A DNA stretch of 62,788 nt, counting the filler, from Collodictyon triciliatum (Eukaryota), in the NCBI GenBank assembly GCA_043381765.1. It is 10 parts of 10 records of this genome, joined end to end, with 100 filler letters (N's around TTAATTAATTAA, not from the genome) between each part and the next. Parts side by side here need not be neighbours in the genome. Positions count along the whole stretch, not along the records: positions 44,492 to 50,527 come from JBHJMP010004756.1; positions 50,628 to 56,655 come from JBHJMP010004757.1; positions 56,756 to 62,788 come from JBHJMP010004758.1; 7 more parts are not named here. One strand, written 5' to 3'. The position numbers and the translations under genes were made by a program. Of this stretch, positions 44,949-62,788 are shown one piece after another (within the stretch, counting starts at the first letter, position 1; each line of letters starts with the position of its first letter). The notes under the pieces are model-generated. The model saw only the letters and a program-made list of their open reading frames with translations, did not search any database and was not told where the DNA came from.

Positions 44949-45191
44949 GATCTGGATCATTGATGGTATCAATACAAAAGCATCTGCCACACTTAAAAAT
45001 TATATTATGTATATGTTACTATGATGCGATTTATGTACTAATATGAGTAAGCCACTGTAATAGAGTTTATATATAATTTATCTATATATTCCATATTTGG
45101 TGTTCCCGATATCTCTTGATGATGCCTTTTGTAGAACATACGATAGAATGTTTTCTTGGGAACTGACAGGCGTTTCCTGTCCCATCGAGTC

Positions 45192-45332
45192 ACCTGTCCG
45201 CAGGGGATTGGTTGCACCACTTATCTCGTGACCGCCTGCGGGCTTAGCTTCTGGTCTCACGGGCATGCGTGCGCCAGGCTGAATGCTAACTCCTTAGTAC
45301 TCAGCAACACCAAGGAATAGTAGTGCCCGTCG
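45192..45332 (-). ncRNA. Candidate box H/ACA snoRNA/scaRNA
   Basis: Minus strand: hairpin 1 (ACGGGCA/TGCCCGT; GCTGAGTACTAA-GGAG-TTAGCATTCAGC), H box AGACCA (45257-45252), hairpin 2 (CCGCAGG/CCTGCGG), then ACA (45197-45195). About 140 nt; a GC-rich island in an AT-rich intergenic region. Confidence 0.55.
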
Positions 45333-45527
45333 CTTTGTTGGTTGCTTTATTGAAGTTTTTTGTTCGGGTTCATCAAACTTTTTTTTGGTTTTAAGTTTCC
45401 TTATCCTTTGATCGTTACCTCATCTGTACTCAGGTATTTTTAGTGTATTTTTTGAGTTTCCTGGGTTCATTTGATTCTCTATTAGCCTTCTTATTTTCTT
45501 TTCTTTTCTTGTTTTCTACAGAAACGG

Positions 45528-48024
45528 ATGATTGTAAAAGACTTTTTGGAGCTGGAATCTACAGCATGGGTCTCTGTCATACTTTCCTCAATATGCTACG
45601 GATCGAGTTACGTAAGTAAAACGCACAAAGTCAAAAGTCGTTCGACATTTTACTAAAAAAACTAAATGCCTCTACATGAGACGATTATTTTACTTATTAA
45701 TGCTTGATCAGAGTCATCACGCTCCTCTAGTTTAAATTTGCTGAGGCAAAAATTATACTTCATTATAATTAATATTCAAACTAGTATTGCAGTGGCAACC
45801 ACGCAAAGACTATATATTGATATTTCTAATGGACCGGTATTATAATTTGCGTATTAACTACTTTTGATTTTTCTGTTGATTTAGATCGTCACAAAGCGAT
45901 ATCCAACAGGAAACGGGCTCATGTTTGCGTGGGTATGAAAAGCATGTCAACACATGCCACCGTTATATAAAAATAGCTTCTGTTTTTTTAGCAACAAGCA
46001 TTAAGAAGTTTATATTGATAGCGAATCCCGCTAACTTCAGAAAGAGTCCAAGAATTGATGTGCTTCATTATACGCCAGTTTTTTCATAAATATAAAACAC
46101 TCAGCTGAGCAATTACTTCAGGCCATGTCCATGGGTAGTTTGATTGTGGACTTCTTCTGCTCTCTCTTTAACAAACTCATTTTTGTTAATTCAGGTGGGT
46201 CTTCATGAGCCAGTGAACAAAATAATTATAAACACCATAACTACTCGTCTACGTAAATAAATCCTATAATGTTCCATATTTTATTTTTGCATTTTTTTTG
46301 TTTGGAGTGAGAAATGTGTGGATTTACATATCAGAGTGTTTCAGATGTGGAGATAGAACAGTTTATTTCATTTTTTAATTATAAAATGTACAGATTTTTA
46401 GGAATCCTTGGAGGGAGTCTATGGGGAGTCGGAAATCTGATGACGATTATTGCCATTCGTCTGATAGGACTTGGCCCTGCATACAGCATATGGTGTATCG
46501 CATGTCTGGTTAGTGGGTGGCTATGTGGGCGTCTTGGAGCTTTTGGAATAGCAAAACCAGATATTAAGAGCGCAGCATTAAATATTCTCGGTAAAAAAAA
46601 CATTCTCTCCTTTATTTCTTGCATTGCTGTGATGGCACGTACAGTATCTTCGATTATCTTCTAGGAATATATATATCAATAATTTCCTATAATATATATG
46701 TCCTATTAAAAGGAACTCTTGATTGCAGGTGCGTTGATTGGGGTATCTGCCATTGTAGTCTTTTACTATGTTCGAAAGGACGAGCAACTAGAAGAAAGAG
46801 ACTGGGACGGATATGAAGAGTATCGCCCCAAATCAAAGCCACTTGCAAAAAGGGTTTTGGAAAATGATTTTAACGGAGTGCCTGGCCAAGAGATCGAGAA
46901 AAGCTCTGACTTGCTGTAAGGATTATATACTTGATACATCAAATCTAAATACACCCTTAGTTTTCTTTTTTTTAAAAAAAATATTATCACATATAATAAT
47001 TGGAAGAAAATGACATATTCAGTTCTTTTCTGGATAACTTGGAGAAAACTCCAAAGCAAATTCTTGGTGTCTTGATAGCGACATTAATTGGTGGGTGATA
47101 TTAGGCCTTGGAGACTATATTTAGTTAAGCTTTGACAATCTTGGTAATTTTACAAATATAGAGCATTCGTCTACTTTTTTTTTTTTTTGAAATTTCACAC
47201 AGGCTTGATTTATGACTTCACTGGAATACCAAACCAACTCTGGTATGAGGACAAACAAGATAAGGAGGACGAAGGTGGAGACGACGGTTATACCCCACTG
47301 GATTTCGTTTTTTCACAATTCATGAGAATATTTCAGTTCATGAATATCATCTTCATCGTTCACATCGTCTTCACAAAGAACAAGCCCGAGGTATTATCTA
47401 TCTCTTTCTCTTTCTCTTTCTCTTTCTCTTTCTCTTTCTCTTTCTCTTTCTCTTTCTCTTTCTCTTTCTCTTTCTCTTTCTCTTTCTCTTTCTCTTTCTC
47501 TTTCTCTTTCTCTTTCCTGAATATATTGATGAAGTGTTTGGGAACTTACTCACAAAATCACCAGATGTTCCCAGAGACCATCCTTCCATCCATGGTTTGT
47601 GGCATTATTTGGGCTGTTGCCAGTGCTCTGAACTTCATCTCGAACAGTACACTCAGCTACGGCATATGTATGGCTCTAATTATGTATTCTTTCTTCTACC
47701 AAACGTGCTCTATCCAAAAATAAAAAAAAATAACTATCTGCATAGGTACTCCTAAGTTGAAAATGATGTACCTTGTGATTTATTCAATTTTATTTATGAA
47801 AAAGAATTTACACAATTGTTTAATGAATGAATTTCTCTGACAATGCCCTGATAACATCTCAAATTATAGCCTTCCCGATGGTTTGCATGGGCCCTGTCAT
47901 TGTGACTGCGCTGTGGAGCATTCTCTACTTCAGGGAAATCACACACCCGAAGCATATCGGTCTTCTTGTTGCCGCTTTAGTATTAAATCTAATTGCTGTC
48001 CTCTTCATTGCATTTTCGGTCTGA
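45528..48024 (+). CDS. TMEM144: TMEM144-family (DMT superfamily) membrane protein
   Basis: [31 protein letters not shown]...[10 protein letters not shown]...[19 protein letters not shown] and [23 protein letters not shown]. Probable 5'UTR intron at 45434-45521. Confidence 0.88.
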
Positions 48025-48414
48025 TGTCGCTAAACACAGCGCTCCAAGCATGACCTCCACACAAGAAAAATGGCGCAGTCTCCATTTGTGAGGCATGGAG
48101 CTCGGCCATACTACCCCGTCGTCCGACAATGAGAACGGCAGAAAATAAAATAAAATAAAATAAATAGCTCAATAAATAATGAAGATGAATAGGATATAGT
48201 CAGATTAAACGATTTAAATAGCGTCAATAGACCTCGATGACATGTCAGAAAAGTAATACATAAACGGAAGAAACCAGCGCGGCACACAATGAAAAATGAG
48301 CCTATAACGAAAGTTGGCTGTTATTTTATTTCTGTGCGGTTTATTTGGAAACCTCAGAGGCCCGTGGATGAGAAGCTATAAAAGCTCCATAGAGACAAAT
48401 AGTGTCTCTCGATA

Positions 48415-50066
48415 TTAATTTTCAAATGGAAACTTTTTGAGCTGTGAAAGCTCAGAAGGGGACTTTTCGGGTCTTGATGACGTGATTCCAGCCGTGGGTA
48501 AAGCAAAAATCTTGAATAATCGATATTTAAATCTCATGATTATTTTATAAGGAAAAAAAAAAAAACAGAAGAAATCGAAGTACCTCTTATATGATTCACC
48601 TATACATACAGCTAATATCCAACCATGTGAATCACTCATGAAAAATAAAAAAATAAAAAACATATGGTACCTTGTTTTGCGATATGTCCAGACACTCAAG
48701 CGAATTTAACTGCAAAACCACCATGGGAAAATCCTCAAACTGTTAATGCAGTTTTCATTATTAAAAATCAGATATATCCTCATGACGCATAATGCATTTT
48801 ATGCAAGCGAAATAGCCCTTCTAGCTGGTGATAATAATGTAATTACAAAACGATTCAGTGCTGGGTCATTCTCACTAACCTGGTTTGCATGCAAGCATAA
48901 CTTTCTCAAGGCGGTCAGCATCGAAAAGGAGTCAGGCAAAGTCGACAGCTAATTAGTGTTAAAGTTTGGTTTCTTGACTAGAAGGAAAAAAAGAAGCTTA
49001 AACAAGTGCGAAATACTAGGGATATATTATTTTATATTCAAGAACAGCCAAAATAGTAAAACGGAAAAAAGGATACGAAGGTTGTGATTGATAAACTAAA
49101 ACAAGACATAAAGGGATTACTCTGTTGTGAGACAAGTCGATAGACTCTGTGTTCACCCATTCTAACACTTCACTTGTCAGACTCTTAATCTGTTCATGCG
49201 GACGGAAAATGTCGAAGTATTGGACATCATCCAAATCATGACTTAATTGATTTGCTCGTCTTGGAGTCCGGTTCCTGTTTTTGTATAAATCCATCTCCTG
49301 AACGCTAACATGCGCTCGTTTCTGTTTAAATCTTGGAGCATTATGGAAATTCCAGCTTAATTGAGTTAGACTTCTCAGTGCTGAAAAGGTCATCGGTAAT
49401 GCATAAATCTAGATGAATAAATAAATGATTAAATGATTAAACGAATGAATGAATTAAAAGCAACATTCTGACTTTTCGTTTTTGTGTACAGTGTCAAAAT
49501 TTGCAGTCGGTATTTAAGAAATATTCCGAAAAAAAATAACGAGAGAACGAGAGAATGGAAGAAGTATGAATTTTTACATCTGTGTCTGAAATAGAAAGAT
49601 ACTCAAGATTCGCCAAATTAGAGAGGGAATCAGGTAGGACTTCTATAAGGGTATCATGGATACATAAACTCTTTAGGCTTTTAAGATTCAAAAGCTGTTC
49701 AGGAAGTGATGTCAGGTTACATCCACTTAAATCTAGGTCCTCAAGCAAGCAGAGTGATGATATATTTGGAGATATCTCCTCACAAGGATTGTTAAAAAAG
49801 CATATGAACGTCAATTTGGTCGCGTAGAAAAGATTCTCAGGTATACACGTGAAATCGTTGTACTCTAAGTAAACTTCTCTCAAGTTCGTAAGATACGACA
49901 TAGCGTCGGGTAATTCTGAAACACTGCTATCCGGAATACTGAGCCTAGTGCAATTTAAGATGTCCTGTGAATCATTTCCTCCGCTGAATCCGAAGTGTAG
50001 AGGTCGTATGGATTCGAAGTCGTACAGCACTTGCTTTTCCTTCGTTCGGACGGTTGGCTGTGACAT
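48415..50066 (-). CDS. Leucine-rich repeat protein
   Basis: Repeated LxxLxLxxNxLxxLP units over five exons. The 3' end and the start (50066 or 50117) are uncertain. Confidence 0.85.
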
Positions 50067-50337
50067 AGAGAATAAAAGAATTTGTTGAAAGGGCTTACAC
50101 AAAGGTAATGACTTCATGGAGAAAAATAAACATGAAAGAATAAGTTATAAAAAAAAAAAAAGGACAGAAAACATGAAAATACTAAATCAGAAAAAGGAAA
50201 AAGGAAAAAGGAAAAAGACAGAAGGTAGGAGAGGACAGAAGAGTAGAGCCGCTTGTATGTAAGGTCTCACTAGTAAAGAATAACAAATGACTTACAACAC
50301 CATTTTTTAGACCTTCGAGGAAGCCACCATAAATCGT

Positions 50338-50397
50338 GAGTTCTGAGAGTTCTGAGAGTTCTGAGAGTTCTGAGAGTTCTGAGAGTTCTGAGAGTTC
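50338..50397 (+). repeat. (GAGTTCTGA)n 9-mer tandem repeat upstream of the LRR gene
   Basis: About 6.5 perfect copies. Confidence 0.9.
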
Positions 50398-51205
50398 CAT
50401 TCGTTCTTTATTCTATTTTAATTACTTAAGAACCACGCTGGCGTTTATCTAGTTTAGTTTTTTTTTTTTTTCATCTCTAAATTTATGCATCCTTTTCTTC
50501 TTATATATATATAACTCAATTTACTATNNNNNNNNNNNNNNNNNNNNNNNNNNNNNNNNNNNNNNNNNNNNTTAATTAATTAANNNNNNNNNNNNNNNNN
50601 NNNNNNNNNNNNNNNNNNNNNNNNNNNAAAGAAAAAAAGAAAAAAAGAAAAAAAGAAAAAAAGAAAAAAAGAAAAAAAGAAAAAAAGAAAAAAAGAAAAA
50701 AAGAAAAAAAGAAAAAAAAGAAAAAATATTAAAAGGAATATACACTTTGTTTACATCCAAGGACAGTTTATTTCCCTCTCACAAAACCCTTGGTTTGCAA
50801 CGCATTGGCGATTCTCAAGAAAAACCAACACAATCACCAGGTGCAAGCATGTTCAATAATACTGGCTTTTGTCAGAATGGCTATAAGAGCGGAAGTTCTG
50901 ACTAAATAAATCAGTAAAACACTTTCTTTGCTTCTATTTTTTTTTTTTAATGGTAGAAAATGAGATGGGAAAGTGTTGGAAGTGACAGAAGGCTCTGTTG
51001 TAGCCAATATCGGAAGGCTGTCCGTTTGGCAAGTGCTCTATCTCATTATTAGAGACAAAACGCCACCATAATTCAGACAACTTCATGCTTCATCAGACAA
51101 CCCTACAAATACCACAATTGTAAGTTCGAATGACAAAAAAACCCTTTTATAAAAGGACATAAATATTCTACATCAGACGCTTGCATGGCCACATAGCATG
51201 AGAAC

Positions 51206-56510
<5,305 letters not shown>

Positions 56511-56896
56511 CTGCATTCACATTGTATCTTTGAAATTAGCGTGCAATATAATAATATATGAGCAAAATTTAATGCACATAAATGAAACAAACAAACAAAC
56601 AAACAAAACTTATACACAAAATGAAAAATGAAACTGGGATTATACTATGGTAACTNNNNNNNNNNNNNNNNNNNNNNNNNNNNNNNNNNNNNNNNNNNNT
56701 TAATTAATTAANNNNNNNNNNNNNNNNNNNNNNNNNNNNNNNNNNNNNNNNNNNNAGAAAAAAAGAAGAAAAAAAGAAGAAAAAAAGAAGAAAAAAAGAA
56801 GAAAAAAAGAAGAAAAAAAGAAGAAAAAAAGAAGAAAAAAAGAAGAAAAAAGAAGAAAAAGAAGAAAAAGAAGAAAAGAAGAAATCCACAAAAAAC

Positions 56897-57252
56897 CTCG
56901 TCAGCAATAATCCCTATGAGACTCGGATCGTCTATTGCCTCGGACTTTGCCATTTCCAAACACCAGTGTTCAACCTACGCAGAATGGCTTTTACAGATTA
57001 TCTCCATGCCTGAAATCTATGGACGCCACTTTACAAGCATGTGTGTATATAAATCTCAAGCTATGAAGAGACATCTACTGTTTGTTTCATAAGAACGACA
57101 TTCTCTTTGACTGCGTGTTTTTCCACCAGTGACTCTGCGCGATTCGGCAGCCGATCCCCACAGCGTTTGTTGCTGGCTGGCAAAGCACAGAAGAGATTAT
57201 TGCTGCACTATAATTTCCACAACAAGATAAGATACCGTACAACAATTCTCAT
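56897..57252 (-). CDS. 5' exons of an unidentified gene divergent from SPEF2
   Basis: In-frame spliced model MRIVVR|NKRCGDRLPNRAESLVEKHAVKENVVLMKQT|VEHWCLEMAKSEAIDDPSLIGIIADE|gt. No family recognised. Confidence 0.4.
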
Positions 57253-57659
57253 CGGGATAATATGTCCAGAATAAGCGACCGTTGTGATCGACTTTACAAT
57301 ATCACAGCTGGCAGTATTCGATCAAAGCTGGAGTCGGCCTCATCTGAAGTTCAAAGACACAAAACCCACTGATTTGCTTGGCAAGTTTATCTTGACGGAG
57401 ACGTTTATTCTGTTTTAATCAAAACAATGCAGGGAAACACTGGCCATAGCTTTGAAGTTTAAGAAGCCCCACCCCAAAATATATACGCACTGCAAAATAT
57501 TATTCAGCACTCAACTTTCCCCTTATATACTTAAACTGCAACCAAAACCACTCGAATAATAATATCTGCGAAAAGACGAATACCCATGTGTACTGGCAAC
57601 TATACACACTGACTGCTCCGCATATATTTTTTAACATTCTATGTCCATAAAAAAAAGAA

Positions 57660-57715
57660 GAAAGAAAGAAGGCTTTGAATCGAATAAAGGAAAAAAAAAA
57701 GAAAGAAAGAAGGCT
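57660..57715 (+). mobile_element. Ultra-short poly(A)-tailed retroposed insert with 15-bp TSD (copy 1)
   Basis: GAAAGAAAGAAGGCT [TTGAATCGAATAAAGG A10] GAAAGAAAGAAGGCT. Confidence 0.85.
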
Positions 57716-57850
57716 CTCATAAACACAATAGATTTCCCTTGTCTAGTTTCGACTGAGAAAGCCAACCATATTCAAAGAGACCAGGAAGATCATTCTCAGC
57801 AAGACACGGGAAACCATAGCAAAAGAGATAAAGACTGGAAACGTGGAAAC

Positions 57851-60800
57851 ATGTCTGAGATTCTTGCAAGCTGGTTAAACGAGCAGATCGGACTTTCTTC
57901 CAGAGTAGATCCGCGATCTTTGGAACTGGACTTCTCCAACGGGTTCCTGTTTGGCGAAGTCTTGCACAAACACGGGCTGCAAAGTGACTTTGACATGTTT
58001 GCGAATCGCTCCACAACTGAAAGCAAAGTTCTCAACTTCTCACGCCTGGAAACTTCATTGAAAGATGCGCTCGGGATTGTGCTGACCTCAAAACTTGCCT
58101 CTGATATAATGGCCGAGAAGAAAGGTGCAGCAGGAAAGCTTTTACTGCAGATGAAGCTCGCCCTGGAGAATCTCGCAAAAGGTATGTCTTAACTTTACTT
58201 AAACGCCTACACTTTGAATCGAATAAAGGAAAAAAAAAAACTCTACTTAAACGTGGAGTGGCATCATCCGGTATTCGTGTAGATTATATTGCATTTATTT
58301 ATTTATCGCGTTTCTGTCTTTGTTGAAGTGCCCTGTTACTAAAAGTCTGGTGATGTTTTCATTTCGATTTAGTAAAGCCAACATCATTTTGATGCAGTAT
58401 CGATATGATTTTTTTAAATTCTTAAATCACCCATCTCCTTTAATATTGTGTTGTTTATTCTATTATACTCTTATGCCCTTTGAATCGAATAAAGGAAAAA
58501 AAATACTCTTATGCCCTATCATCTATCTTCTAACATATTTAAGCTAATCGGTCTTTTATTTAATTATTTAATTAATTTCCCTTTAACAGCACGCAATGCA
58601 ATTCGAGATACCACGAGATTGAACTCTTTATGGAGTTCAAAGCCATCGCAGAAGGCACAGGCAACTCTGAAGTTTAAAGAGTCATTGCGTCAGAAGACAC
58701 CGCGATATTACGATCTTTCCAGTGCAGCTCACCTGAAGAAATACACCGATGAAGGAGAGCGTAACAAAGTTTGCAAAAAAAAACCTATTCAAATTAACCA
58801 ATTCATATACCAATGATTCATTAATTCTACAAAAAATACAAGGATTAATATCCAATTTACCGAATTATATTATATTATATATTATCATTACCTTAAATGA
58901 AATTAACTGGCCTAAAATTCAATTTTTACAAAAAAAAAAAAAAAAAGCAACTTTCTGCACGACTTCAGCAGCAGGATGAAGATGGTCGACACGAAAAGCT
59001 TTCCGCTCGGCGACAAGACCAAATCCATAGACTCAAAGACAATCAGCGCTCAGCGAAGGAATGGGATGAGCAGAATGCACAAATACACTTACAGTCTCAA
59101 CAGTCACGAATGGAAAGGGAAAGATACGAGCGAGATGTGGCTTTGGCAAAGGAGGAAAAGAAGCGACTGAAGGCCGAGGTATATTCTTTCTCTTATATTT
59201 TCTTCTCCTTCTGTTGATGATGTTCAAGCATGTCAATCTACGACATCATATCATATTTCTACATCATATATTCATTATTCGTGGATATATAATGAACACG
59301 GATACACTTTTTTAATTGTAGAACGAAAAAAGAGAGCTGGCCCTTGACATCGAGAGAAACATCGAAAATTTTGAAAAATCTATTGGAATAGCCGCACCCA
59401 ATTATGTATGATTGTCTTCGTTTCTCTGTCTTTATGTTCTTTGTGGAATGTAGCAAAAATATCTTGAGTTAATATCACCATTATCTGTTTTTTTCTTCTT
59501 CTTCTTCAAATATTAATATGAAAAATTAATAAACAAAGGACAACTCAAGCGACGAAAATAGTATGGATGTAGACCATTCGCTGAATATACTTCACAATGA
59601 CGCCGATATTGTGGTGGCTTCTCATACGACTGCATATGAGCATATCGAAGAACTGAAGAAAAGGGTCCCTGGGGCTCAAGAAATGAAGATGGAGTCAGAA
59701 GATTTCATTCGAAAACTTAAGGTTAGCCTTTCAATGTTTCAATCATTGACAACAATCACCTATATATTTTGCAATAATTCGAAAATTGAGTATTACCCAT
59801 TTTTTCTTCAACAACTTAACAAAGCCATAACCCAGTGGCTAGTATAATTTTTAATCGAAAAAAAATATAAAAAATATGTATAACGGGGATATTCAGGAAA
59901 AGAAGCAAAATGAGGAGCAAAATAGACTGGAGCGAGAAAAGAGGCGGCGAAAAGTTATGCTCGATCAAATGAAGGCATATTCTGAAGTCGAAACAAAACG
60001 CGAGGAGCAATTAATTGTATCTAAGCTGATGAAACAATCGGATGGAGAGAAGCTTCTTGGAAACAGGTAATATTTCTTCCTAATCATTATTGAATGACTA
60101 CCCAATAAAGTTATTTTATTTTCTACAAAGAAGTAAAATCAAATCTGGGTCGATACATGAAAATAATTATTTTCAAACTTCTTTACATAGGCTCCTGTAT
60201 ATTAGACGTGAGAAAGAAGTAGTGAGAAAAAATCGGGCGTACAGAGAAAAACAATATGCTGAGCAAAGATACCGGGACATTATGTGTGCTTTAGAACGAG
60301 ACAGATTAATTGCAAACAGGAATGAGGAAGAATACCGAGAGCAAGTCTATATTGTTTTCCTTTTTTTTTTTAAGTTTTTTCTTTTTTAGTTTTTTCGTTT
60401 TTCTCTTCTTTTAAATAACATGAAAATATGACATAGAGATACTACCGAACTTAAATACGTCCCATGATATTTAGATCCAAATTGAAAAAATGAGACTTGT
60501 TGAACATAATCGCATCCGCAAGGAGCGAAAATATGATGAACATTACAAATTCTGTGTTGATATCATGCGCGATATTGTTGGGCTCTCGTGCAAGGTTTGT
60601 CCTAAACACCTTTAAAGATTTCATGGGAACCATACATGATGTAATATTTAACCAAAAATTTTATAAAATATAATATTATCGCTGACATAATAGATTGGTC
60701 ATTACCGTGAGTTTCATGATGGTTTAATATCGCCCAAGCTGCTACGTGAATGGTTGTCATTCTTCTTCAACAAAATTTCGTTAGATGAACCCGTAAGTCG

Positions 60801-62707
60801 GACGAGTCCACGTTAGCTGTGTTCCACTTTCTTTTTATCTTACCATATCACAATACATATCCTGGAACGTGGTGAATATAGGTTAAATATTTAAATATGT
60901 TTATTATTCCTTTCAATTAATGCAAGGTGGTGGGAATGTTGGCTTTAAGATTTAAATAATTGTGTAAATAAATGACATAAGTTTGATCACTTAGACAAGT
61001 TCGGGCCTTCCAAATGAGATTCTCATGGAAGTGGACTTTGAGCAATATTTTTTGAATCAGGGAGAGTGGGCTCTGAGGTTTTACATAATTTTTTTCAATA
61101 TGAACAAAACAATAACTCAATGCACAGTACGTCTACATGTCTCTTTCCATATGTGATGTAATTTAGTTATTTTTATTTTAATGTTTTTTCATGCGCAAGT
61201 GAGCCCGAGATACCGAGCATTATTTTGTCCAAAATCGTTCAAGAAATAATCGATGTTATTGTACCTGCTCCCAAAGCACCTGAGCCCCCAAATCTCCCCA
61301 CATTTTCATTCAAGGTAGAACAAACACTCTCCTTGGATATTTTTTTCTTGATAATATTTGACCTCCTGAAGCAATAATTGAGATCAATTCGTAACCATAG
61401 CATACAGTATTTTTGGGACATATTTTGTATATAATTTTCTCTGTATTTATAATCGAGTTACTAACCTTCATGTGTTCTTATTTTTCCCAGGCGTGTATTT
61501 TTGGGAAACCATTTTCAGGAAAAAGTTCACAGGCACTCCAGTTGTCTCAAAAATATGCGCTCTCCATACTCGTCCCGGAAGTTTTACTTCAAGAATCTAT
61601 CAGGTCGAATGCTGATTTAGCACTTTTCAATAATTATAACAGCGCATTCTTAATATCATTACGATACTTGGGTGTCAGTTTAACTAATTTTCGACCTTTT
61701 TTTTTTTTTGAAAAAAAACTACAGTGCTTATGAGATGCAAGAAATGAACGAGGAGGGAACCGAGAAGTCTGAGAGAGCTCGTCTTGGAGAGGCCGCTTTG
61801 CACATTCTAGCCAACGGGGAATATGTAAATTACACGCTAAGCATCAAATACATGCCGTAACCAACCAGAGGCCTTCTCTTTCAAGAGGACATTTTTCAAG
61901 AATACAATTGAATTATAGAGAATTTATGATGCAAGGTACATTATATATTTTGTCCCCTTTACTAGGTCGATGACGAACTGATAGTTCGGCTTATAACAAA
62001 TGCTATTCGGAGGCTTGGAGAGGACGGAAGTGTGGTTGGATGGATTCTCGATGGATTCCCAAGAACGTTGAAACAAGCTCAGTTACTAGAAAAGAATTTG
62101 ACGGGGTGTGTATCTATTCGCAAATATTACTTTATCTCATTTAATTCATCCATGAAGCGACGTTGCTACTCTTATTAGAAGTTTTATACTCCCTTACATA
62201 ATTGAGTCCAAAATACTCTACAAAATCCATCAGCATAAAAATTAATGACTGATGATATATGATTGATTGACTATGCTACTTGCATCCAGGTACGACTCAC
62301 AGCCTGCGGAACACGTTTTTAAGTCAATAGATGATGGAGTCATTCATAAATATGTCATCAGAAAATCGCGCCTCCTATCCCCAGTGGGAAGCAACCTGCC
62401 GATCAATCATACAGTCATCCAAGCCGGCGTTGATGCAGCTTTTCGTTTGGATGTCTCCGATGAGCTCATCATACGTCGGGCCGTTGGAAGGCGAATCGAC
62501 CCTGAAACGAGCGTAGTGTACCATATTGAGTACGACCCTCCTCCACAAGACGAAGTAAGACAAAATTATTTACTATGTAGCCGCATTATTACAATATTAC
62601 ATCAGGGAAATATGATTGATTGTAAAGACACAGGGTGAGGTTTACAAGATGCACTTATTATATTATTTGATTTGTTACTGAGTCGATACTTTATTTTATT
62701 TGCTTTA

Positions 62708-62779
<72 letters not shown>

Positions 62780-62788
62780 GTGTGTGTG
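57851..62788 (+). CDS. SPEF2: Sperm flagellar protein 2 (SPEF2/CPC1/KPL2), 3' partial
   Basis: CH-like N-terminus MSEILASWLNEQ...FSNGFLFGEVLHK...NFSRLE, coiled coils, and an adenylate-kinase-like domain (GKPFSGKS, GWILDGFPRTLKQA, RRAVGRRIDP...YHIEYDPPP). Confidence 0.95.
58191..58253 (+). mobile_element. Ultra-short poly(A)-tailed retroposed insert with 15-bp TSD (copy 2, SPEF2 intron 1)
   Basis: AACTTTACTTAAACG [CCTACACTTTGAATCGAATAAAGG A9] AACTCTACTTAAACG (one mismatch between the TSD copies). Confidence 0.85.
58465..58517 (+). mobile_element. Ultra-short poly(A)-tailed retroposed insert with 15-bp TSD (copy 3, SPEF2 intron 1)
   Basis: ATACTCTTATGCCCT [TTGAATCGAATAAAGG A7] ATACTCTTATGCCCT. 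Confidence 0.88.
62709..62788 (+). repeat. (GT)n microsatellite
   Basis: Dinucleotide array at the contig end. Confidence 0.95.

Noticed and set aside
45158-45332. SRP RNA, RNase P/MRP, TPP riboswitch or HDV/hammerhead/twister ribozyme
   Set aside because: Only isolated short resemblances; the required conserved cores are absent. The H/ACA layout fits better.
57234-57342. Minus-strand MRPTPALIEYCQL-TGA resembling an Rdx-type CxxU selenoprotein
   Set aside because: The sequence after TGA does not resemble SelW/SelT/SelH, no SECIS is visible, and a different frame gives a consistent spliced model.

Overview
Nuclear DNA from an intron-rich, microsatellite-rich, AT-rich eukaryote, probably a flagellated protist with mitochondria (SPEF2, CEP76, a mitochondrial-type presequence). 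The window is not one locus. Ten contigs (6048, 5182, 6042, 6040, 6062, 6037, 8380, 6036, 6028 and 6033 bp) are joined by an artificial 100-bp N44-TTAATTAATTAA-N44 linker, and genes do not continue across the linkers. Manual splicing recovers: a coiled-coil axonemal-type protein, an SLC13 transporter, a MORN protein 3' end, a secreted bacterial-like M19 dipeptidase, VTI1, PCIF1, a mitochondrial-type EF-P-like protein, AATF/BFR2, CEP76, an ABC1/ADCK kinase, a kinesin first exon, TMEM144, an LRR protein, a receptor kinase-cyclase-pseudokinase and SPEF2. There are also unprocessed RidA and CTU1 pseudogenes and a decayed LINE. The most unusual signals are: (i) three ultra-short (23-33 bp) poly(A)-tailed inserts, each with its own 15-bp target-site duplication, clustered at the SPEF2 5' end; (ii) a candidate box H/ACA sno/scaRNA cluster at about 44.8-45.3 kb; (iii) an EF-P-like protein lacking the PGKG loop; (iv) PCIF1 with GPPY in place of NPPF; (v) 3' splice sites preceded by poly(A). 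Exon boundaries and family calls are from manual reading only.
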